Source: Candidatus Aminicenantes bacterium (lineage in GTDB: Bacteria; Acidobacteriota; Aminicenantia; Aminicenantales; Aminicenantaceae). From it: 45,499 nucleotides of DNA. Of this stretch, positions 8,533 through 14,928 are shown piece by piece (the first letter of the stretch is position 1; every line of letters starts with the position of its first letter). The notes under the pieces were generated by a model. It saw nothing but the letters and a program-made list of their open reading frames with translations, was not told the origin of the DNA and ran no database searches. The position numbers and the translations under genes were made by a program. The DNA is taken from positions 1-45,499 of the forward strand of contig JASFEP010000002.1 of assembly GCA_050124775.1 (NCBI GenBank), given 5' to 3'.

Positions 8533-10134
8533 TCAGACGATCCTTTTCTGAATAGGGTCCCACTCAACACGCCTTCCTTCCCGATAGGATCTGGTGGCCA
8601 TGTGACAGGTAATCGCTTCCTCGAAGCCGCGGTCGATATCGCAACTCGGTCTTTCTCCTGTCCGGATGCAGTCGATCCATTCTTTAACATGCAGGTGTGT
8701 GATGTCGACGTGTTTTCCTCCTGTGTATGTATACATAAGGCCTTTGGTCGCAAAATACTTTTCTGTAGCAGATGTGATGGTATCGATGCCCTTTGACCCG
8801 GGTCGGTAAGAGATTAGAGGCAGCGAGGTATCGATCATTCCTTCCTTTATTTTGTCTTCGAACCTTGTGGAATCGGTGTCGGCATCGACCGTCAGGCTAC
8901 TCCCGACCACCATGGATGCGTCATGTCCCATAAAAATACGCCCCCGCCCCCTGCTGTTGGCGAGTGTCGCGCTGTACACCAGTGTCAGATCGCGGTCGGG
9001 ATACTCACATACAGCCTGAAAAATATCCGGCACATCTCTCCCATCCTTGAAGAAATAGATGCCCCCCGAAGACACGACGGTTTTGGGAATCCCCATTCCC
9101 AGAATCTGATTCACCGCATCGAACTCGTGCGAGAAAAGGTCTCCGGATAAACCCGTCCCGTAATCGTACCAACACCGCCACCGGAAAAAACGCTCCAAGT
9201 TAAAGGGGACCTTGTGCGGTGCCGGCCCCTGGAATTGTTCCCAATCGATCGTCTGGGGGCTGGCATCTTTGTGGATGCTGTAAACCCAAGCACCGTTGGG
9301 GGAGTTTCGGTTCGTCGTTGTTTCGACCAGAGTGATCTTGCCCAGGATGTTCTTATCAACAATCTGTTTGGCTCTCCAGAAGGTCTCCTGTTGAGGATTT
9401 TGATGCCCCAGCTGGAACACCATTCCGCTCCTTTTGACCGCATCTGTCAAAGCATAGACCTCCTCTTCCGTCCTCGTCATACATTTTTCCAGGTAAACAT
9501 GTTTCCCCGCGCTCACAGCATCGATGGCCATCTGGGCGTGCCAGTGGTCCGGGGTGGCGATGATCACGGCGTCGATGTCCTTGCTTTCCAGCATCTCCCT
9601 ATAATTCTGGAAACGTTTCGCCCCTTTCAGATTTCCCGAACCCCCGCCCGGACGCCTGTCGTTGAGGGCTGCGGCCAACCCTCTTTCCGCACGGACGTCA
9701 AAAACGTCGCAGACACCTGTCAGCAGAACATTCAGGTCCTCCTGCTCCAAGAATCCGTTGATCGCCCTCTCCCTCCATATTCTATTCTCTTTGTCCCCTC
9801 TGATCTGGAAAAAATCTGGGTGTGCAAAACCCGCAGCTCTCACCAGGTGTTCGCCCCTTCCTCCATGGCCGATGATTCCAAGGCGGATAAGATCTCCCGG
9901 TTTTTCGGAAGGAGCCATCCTTTGCCCGGAAAAGACCTCTTCTTCGAGGCCCAACTCCTTGAGTAGAAGATTTCTTTTCTCTGCCTCCCAAGATCTTTTT
10001 TTGGCAACTCCATAGACAAAGGCACCTAACACCGGGAGGGAGGAAAGGGCCTTGAGCACATCCCGCCTTGTGTGTGTTTCTTTCCTGGAGTGCGAATCTT
10101 GACTTTTTCGATTTTCCTCTCTATCCGGCTCCAT
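8533..10134 (-). CDS. Tat-exported Gfo/Idh/MocA-family oxidoreductase
   Basis: Rossmann segment LGIIGHGGRGEH, plus a TRRDVLKALSSLPVLGAF twin-arginine signal. Start chosen at ATG 10134 (14-nt overlap with the DoxX stop). In-frame ATGs at 10197 and 10242 are alternatives. Confidence 0.82.
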   Translation of the reverse strand: MEPDREENRKSQDSHSRKETHTRRDVLKALSSLPVLGAFVYGVAKKRSWEAEKRNLLLKELGLEEEVFSGQRMAPSEKPGDLIRLGIIGHGGRGEHLVRAAGFAHPDFFQIRGDKENRIWRERAINGFLEQEDLNVLLTGVCDVFDVRAERGLAAALNDRRPGGGSGNLKGAKRFQNYREMLESKDIDAVIIATPDHWHAQMAIDAVSAGKHVYLEKCMTRTEEEVYALTDAVKRSGMVFQLGHQNPQQETFWRAKQIVDKNILGKITLVETTTNRNSPNGAWVYSIHKDASPQTIDWEQFQGPAPHKVPFNLERFFRWRCWYDYGTGLSGDLFSHEFDAVNQILGMGIPKTVVSSGGIYFFKDGRDVPDIFQAVCEYPDRDLTLVYSATLANSRGRGRIFMGHDASMVVGSSLTVDADTDSTRFEDKIKEGMIDTSLPLISYRPGSKGIDTITSATEKYFATKGLMYTYTGGKHVDITHLHVKEWIDCIRTGERPSCDIDRGFEEAITCHMATRSYREGRRVEWDPIQKRIV

Positions 10135-10696
10135 TCTCTCCTCCAAATCGCCGAGATATTCTGGCGTTCTTTCCGCTCTTTCTGAATATGAGCCCATCCA
10201 AGCCGAAGATCTTCCCGGTCGGAAAAGCGAGCAAAATTCCAAGCGCTGCCATCTCGATCAATATCTTGTTGACTATCAAGTAGCTTCCCTCCGACGGCAC
10301 TGTGTATGAGTATCCGACAAAGGGGGGGGTGCAAACATAATAGACTAATAGAAGAAAGATTCCCGCAATGCAGGACCAGGACGTCAACAGCCCTGTTATG
10401 AGTGCCAATCCGATCGTGATCTGTCCCCAAATGTTCAGAAAATCCACAACCTTCAAGAGCTCCGGATTTTCGGCGATTGCCGTAAACCATCCAGAAAACA
10501 GCCATTTGGACTCCGACAGATATCCGGCGGAGGACCAGTAGGGATTGAGCAGCTTCGCGATTCCCTCATATAAGAAATGCCAGCCTACAAACATCCTGAG
10601 AAGCATAAGCGTAAAAAGTTGAAAAGTCGTGTAACTCCTGGCTCTCTCTAGAGAAACGATAGGATCCCCTTTCATTTTCCTCTGCCTTTCGTACAA
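10121..10696 (-). CDS. DoxX-family membrane protein
   Basis: 191 aa, about 4 TM helices. LRMFVGWHFLYEGIAKL is a DoxX/DoxD-type motif. Start is TTG 10696, or ATG 10675. Confidence 0.78.
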   Translation of the reverse strand: MYERQRKMKGDPIVSLERARSYTTFQLFTLMLLRMFVGWHFLYEGIAKLLNPYWSSAGYLSESKWLFSGWFTAIAENPELLKVVDFLNIWGQITIGLALITGLLTSWSCIAGIFLLLVYYVCTPPFVGYSYTVPSEGSYLIVNKILIEMAALGILLAFPTGKIFGLDGLIFRKSGKNARISRRFGGENGAG

Positions 10697-10991
10697 AGTC
10701 TATACATAACGCCCGTTCGGCATCCCTATTTCTGACGGCATAAACCTTTCAGATGCCAACACGATATACAGAAATTCTATCTTTGTCAATGAGAGGCAGT
10801 CGTGTACGCTTTCATCGATTTTTTCGCACATACCAAAGGGGAACCGCTGAACGCATGGCGACTCATTTCCCGATGGCTCCAGCGACGTGCCACCAAACAC
10901 TTGCGTTTGACAATTCTCCGAATATTGAAGAGAATGAGGGGAATAAAACGGATATAAAGGCGCGTTACCTCCGATCCCCATCCGCCTTTCG

Positions 10992-11957
10992 TTGAGTTTA
11001 AGGATTTATTTGTTGATTCAGATAGCGCGAAAAATATTCTGGAAATTTCTAATTCTCCTGCTTGTCCTCCTGTGCGCCTGCGCTCCCAAAGAAAGCTGGA
11101 ATACGACAACAGTTATCTATTTCGATACCGTGTGCGAGGTCAAAGTCTTCTGCCCATCCTCACAGTTCAAATCCATCCAAAAGGCTGTTCGCGGCGTTTT
11201 TGAAAATATCGAAATCCTGTTTTCTCCTGGATCGACCGACCTGTCCGCTCCCGAAGTTTTCACTCTTTACCAAAAGGCCTATTCGGTCTACCAGAAATCC
11301 GAAAGAAAATTTGATATTTCAGTGGGATCTCTTTCTCGTGTCTGGGGCTTCCATGATCACTCCTTCCGGATTCCCAAAGCCCAAGATTTGGATAGAGCAA
11401 AAGGTACGGTCGGTATGAATAAGATCCGTATCCAGGCGAAGCGCCTCGTCCTCCCTCCCGGGACCCTTCTTGACTGGGGAGGTATCGCCAAGGGATACGG
11501 CATCGACCGCGCGGCTTCCGTTTTGATGGAGATGGGAATCGAGAGAGGGTTCGTGAATGCCGGTGGAGATCTCTACTGCTGGGGGAGCAACCCCAAAGGG
11601 TCCCTTTGGAAGATCGGTATCAAACACCCAAGAAGAGCCGGTTTTTCGGGGGTTCTTTCTATCTCCGGTGAAGCCGCGGCCACAACGGGCGATTACCAGA
11701 GATATTTTGTCGAAGAGGGCAAACGCTATCATCATGTCTTCGACCCGCAGGCCGGCTTTCCGGCAGAAGGAAAACAGAGTGTGACGGTAATCGGGCCTGA
11801 GGCTGCGCTCTGTGACGCTCTGTCAACAGCTCTTTTTGTATCTAAACACCCGCAAAAGATCCTCGATCTCTACCCTCAGTATGGAGCCGTTCTTATCGAC
11901 GATGAAGGAAAAATTTCTTTTCTCGGTAAGAGCGTTTCTTTTTCCCCTTCTCTGTAG
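10992..11957 (+). CDS. apbE: FAD:protein FMN transferase (ApbE family) lipoprotein
   Basis: LDWGGIAKGYGIDRA, VNAGGDLY and RYHHVFDP are ApbE signatures. Lipobox-like LLCAC. The start (TTG 10992) is uncertain. Confidence 0.88.
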   Translation: MSLRIYLLIQIARKIFWKFLILLLVLLCACAPKESWNTTTVIYFDTVCEVKVFCPSSQFKSIQKAVRGVFENIEILFSPGSTDLSAPEVFTLYQKAYSVYQKSERKFDISVGSLSRVWGFHDHSFRIPKAQDLDRAKGTVGMNKIRIQAKRLVLPPGTLLDWGGIAKGYGIDRAASVLMEMGIERGFVNAGGDLYCWGSNPKGSLWKIGIKHPRRAGFSGVLSISGEAAATTGDYQRYFVEEGKRYHHVFDPQAGFPAEGKQSVTVIGPEAALCDALSTALFVSKHPQKILDLYPQYGAVLIDDEGKISFLGKSVSFSPSL

Positions 11958-11962
11958 AGCCC

Positions 11963-13063
11963 TCAGATTTTCATGGGCATGAGGACATACAAATACTTGA
12001 TCGTTCCTTCCTCATCAGGCCTCAGGAGCACTGCACTGTTCTCGTCTTTCATCTCACAGCGCACACGCTCTGATTTGACTGTCGTCAGAAAATCGAGTAT
12101 GTATTGGGAATTGAATCCTATCTCGACATTCTCGCCGTCGTAATCGATATCCACCTTATCTCGCGCCTCTCCGATCTCAGGATTTGAAGAGAAAAGCCGG
12201 ATCTGTTTTTTTTCTATGTTAAACTTTATTCCTCTGGAGCGTTCTGTCGATAACAAGGATACACGACGAATAGCATCTGTCACCTCCTCTCGAGAGAAGA
12301 TCATGACGTTTGTATTATCCTGGGGAATCACGGCCTCATAGTTGGGAAATTTTCCCTCAATGATCCGGGAGATCAGCGTTCGGTTGTTCACTTTAAAAAA
12401 GAGGTTATTCTCATCCAGGTCGAATTCAAGGGCCTCGTCCTCAAACTTTCTCAACTCACTGAGCGTTTTTTTTGAAACGATCCCTTTAATTTCTCCATCG
12501 ACATGGAGATCATCCAGCATCATGGATGTGTAGGCGAGCCGGTGTCCGTCAGTGCTTATCATTTCAACGCTTTTATCTTTGAGGATCATCAAAGCCCCGT
12601 TCAAATAGTATCTCTGTTCTTGAGTGATTGCAAAATACACTTTCTCGATCATATCTTTGACTTTCTCAAGAGGAAGCACGATCTTTTTTTCAAATTTTGG
12701 CTCCGGAACCTGAGGGTAATCCTCTTTGGGCAAACAGAGAACTTTGAATTGACTCTCTCCGGAAAAGATCTCCATAACAAGACTTTCGCTCTCATGAAAT
12801 GTCACTTTTTTATCTTCCGCCAGGGACCTCACAATCTCGAACAATTTTTTACCGGATATCGTGATGGCTCCTTTTTCCTCGATATCCGCAGCAAAGTGTG
12901 TTTTTAGACCCACTTCCAGATCCGTCCCCGTGAGTTCAATCTCATTATCAGAAGTGTTGATCAGAATGTTAGCAAGGATAGGCATTGTATTGCGTTTCTC
13001 CACTATACCTTGGAGAAGTTGAAGCTCTCTTTGAATATCTTCTTTAGCGATCGAGAATTTCAT
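11963..13063 (-). CDS. dnaN: DNA polymerase III beta sliding clamp
   Basis: 366 aa. MKFSIAKEDIQRELQLLQGIVEKRNTMPILANILI is a canonical DnaN N-terminus. Lies directly downstream of dnaA. Confidence 0.97.
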   Translation of the reverse strand: MKFSIAKEDIQRELQLLQGIVEKRNTMPILANILINTSDNEIELTGTDLEVGLKTHFAADIEEKGAITISGKKLFEIVRSLAEDKKVTFHESESLVMEIFSGESQFKVLCLPKEDYPQVPEPKFEKKIVLPLEKVKDMIEKVYFAITQEQRYYLNGALMILKDKSVEMISTDGHRLAYTSMMLDDLHVDGEIKGIVSKKTLSELRKFEDEALEFDLDENNLFFKVNNRTLISRIIEGKFPNYEAVIPQDNTNVMIFSREEVTDAIRRVSLLSTERSRGIKFNIEKKQIRLFSSNPEIGEARDKVDIDYDGENVEIGFNSQYILDFLTTVKSERVRCEMKDENSAVLLRPDEEGTIKYLYVLMPMKI

Positions 13064-13072
13064 TTTTCCACC

Positions 13073-13148
13073 TTTCCTTTTTGAATCTATTATTTATTAA
13101 TAAATATAGATAAGATTAAATAAATACAATAATAAAAGCAAACGAAAA
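13073..13148. other. Extremely AT-rich dnaA-dnaN spacer: candidate DNA-unwinding element and/or dnaN promoter
   Basis: In 13081-13140 I count 7 G/C in 60 nt (88% AT), with reiterated TAAATA units. It is flanked by weak DnaA-box-like 9-mers: TTTTCCACC (13064-13072) and TGTGAAAAA (13149-13157), each with 2 mismatches. Confidence 0.4.
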
Positions 13149-13178
13149 TGTGAAAAACTCCCGTAATATGCTGATTCT

Positions 13179-14510
13179 TTAGCGAATATGGTTGATAATA
13201 CTGTTCATTTCTTTGTTGAATTCGGGATCTTTCATTCTTAATTTCTCTATTTTACGGATGCTGTGTATAACCGTAGTATGGTGTTTTCCACCGAATTTTT
13301 TACCGATTTCCGGAAGGGAGGTGTTTGTCAATTCTTTGGAGAGATACATGGCCACTTGGCGGGGAAATGCGACCTTTGGAGAATTATTTTTGGATTTTAG
13401 CTGAGTCAATTTAATCTTGAATTTGTGGCAGACGATCTTCTGGACCTTTTCCACTGTCACGATGTGAGAAGTCGCATCCAAAAGGCTTTTTAGAGCCTCT
13501 TTAGCCAAATCTAAGTCAATGCACTCACCCTTGAGGGAAGAGAAGGCGATAACACGGCGAAGATATCCTTCCAGCTCCCTGATGTTGGAGCGGACCTTGT
13601 CGGCAATGAAGAGGGCCACGCTTTCGGGAAGATCGATCTGTTCCAATTCCGATTTTTTCTTGAGAATGGCGATGCGGGTTTCGATATCGGGAGGTTTGAG
13701 GTCGGCGATCAGACCCCATTCGAACCTGGAACTGAAACGCTCTTCGAGGTTGGGTATCTCTTTGGGAGGGCAGTCGCTGGAAATGACGATCTGTTTTTGG
13801 CTGTCGTAAAGGTGATTGAAGGTGTGAAAGAATTCTTCTTTGGTCCTCTCCCTGCCGGAGAGATAATGGATGTCGTCGATCAAAAGGACATCCACACTGC
13901 GGTATTTCTGGCGGAAATCGAGGATTTTGCCGTATTGTAGGTGGTTGATGAGGTCGTTCATGAACTTCTCAGTGGTTATGTAGAGGATCTTGAAACTCCG
14001 GCAGTCGTTCAATATGGTATGGCCGATGGCATTCATAAGATGGGTTTTACCCAAACCGGCTCCACCATAGATGTAGAAGGGGTTGTATGATTTTGCAGGA
14101 TTCTTCACGACAGCCATGGCTGCAGCATGGGCGAATTGGTTACAGGAACCGACGACGAAATTTTCGAACGTATAATTGGGGTTAAGATTGGGGTTGAGTA
14201 GATGTCCGTGTTTGGACTTTCTCTCCTCGGGAGATCGGCGGATAAATGGAGAGGATGTATCGTCGATAACATATTTGATCTCATAAGATTTATCGAAAAG
14301 AGTCTGAGAAGCCCGGTTTATAAGGTTTGAGTAGTGAAAGGAAAGCCAATCTTTGAAATAAGAATTGGGCACTTTGATGTAGAGGGAATTCGATTCTTCA
14401 CCGATGTACACCGTGGGCGAGAACCAGGTCTCGTAGCTGTTCTTGTCTATCTCCTTTTGGATCTCATTCCGGATTTTTTGCCAAGGATTATGTTTATCTT
14501 TACGTTCCAT
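13179..14510 (-). CDS. dnaA: Chromosomal replication initiator DnaA
   Basis: Walker A GGAGLGKTHL, the AAA+ core, and a C-terminal DNA-binding helix (GKKFGGKHHTTVIHSIRKI). Start set to ATG 14510 (MERKDKHNPWQKI), not the upstream in-frame start at 14609. Confidence 0.97.
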   Translation of the reverse strand: MERKDKHNPWQKIRNEIQKEIDKNSYETWFSPTVYIGEESNSLYIKVPNSYFKDWLSFHYSNLINRASQTLFDKSYEIKYVIDDTSSPFIRRSPEERKSKHGHLLNPNLNPNYTFENFVVGSCNQFAHAAAMAVVKNPAKSYNPFYIYGGAGLGKTHLMNAIGHTILNDCRSFKILYITTEKFMNDLINHLQYGKILDFRQKYRSVDVLLIDDIHYLSGRERTKEEFFHTFNHLYDSQKQIVISSDCPPKEIPNLEERFSSRFEWGLIADLKPPDIETRIAILKKKSELEQIDLPESVALFIADKVRSNIRELEGYLRRVIAFSSLKGECIDLDLAKEALKSLLDATSHIVTVEKVQKIVCHKFKIKLTQLKSKNNSPKVAFPRQVAMYLSKELTNTSLPEIGKKFGGKHHTTVIHSIRKIEKLRMKDPEFNKEMNSIINHIR

Positions 14511-14524
14511 CTGCTTTGCTGAGA

Positions 14525-14554
14525 TTTCCACAGAAATTTTCACACCTGTGGAAA
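14525..14554. promoter_or_regulatory. Inverted pair of DnaA-box-like sites in the dnaA 5' leader
   Basis: TTTCCACAG (14525-14533) and CTGTGGAAA (14546-14554) are perfect inverted copies 12 nt apart. The second core (TGTGGAAAA) is one mismatch from TGTGGATAA. The first core (ATTTCCACA) is two mismatches from TTATCCACA. Confidence 0.45.
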
Positions 14555-14596
14555 ACCTTCGTAGATGCTGAGGTTTGACTTGGAGAAGGCCCGCAT

Positions 14597-14625
14597 ATAA
14601 TAGCACCACGTTATCCTCATTTCAA
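14597..14625 (-). promoter_or_regulatory. Candidate dnaA promoter with a DnaA-box-like site inside the spacer
   Basis: Read on the minus strand: TTGAAA (14625-14620), a 17-nt spacer, TATTAT (14602-14597). The spacer contains TTATCCTCA (14611-14619 on +), one mismatch from the DnaA box. Confidence 0.5.
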
Positions 14626-14928
14626 GCGGAATTCGTGAAATAGTCAAAAAAATTCTGTGCTATCGGAATGGCCGTGATTTCAGCACGTTTTGAGATCAAA
14701 TCAGGGAAGATGGATCGCTCGTCCAGAGAGAATGGCGGTGCAGATCCGCTATCTAGAGGCCGTTCTCCGAACAGTCCTTAAGGAGGGAATGAACCATACG
14801 GGAAAAATTTTAGTCCCTTGCTATTTTCAGTCCTTTTGCAGCCACACAATTGCGTCACTCTTCGGAGCGACGAGCATTCACTCCATCATGGTCTTGAGTC
14901 GGCTGAGTCTAATGATTGTATCCTGGAC

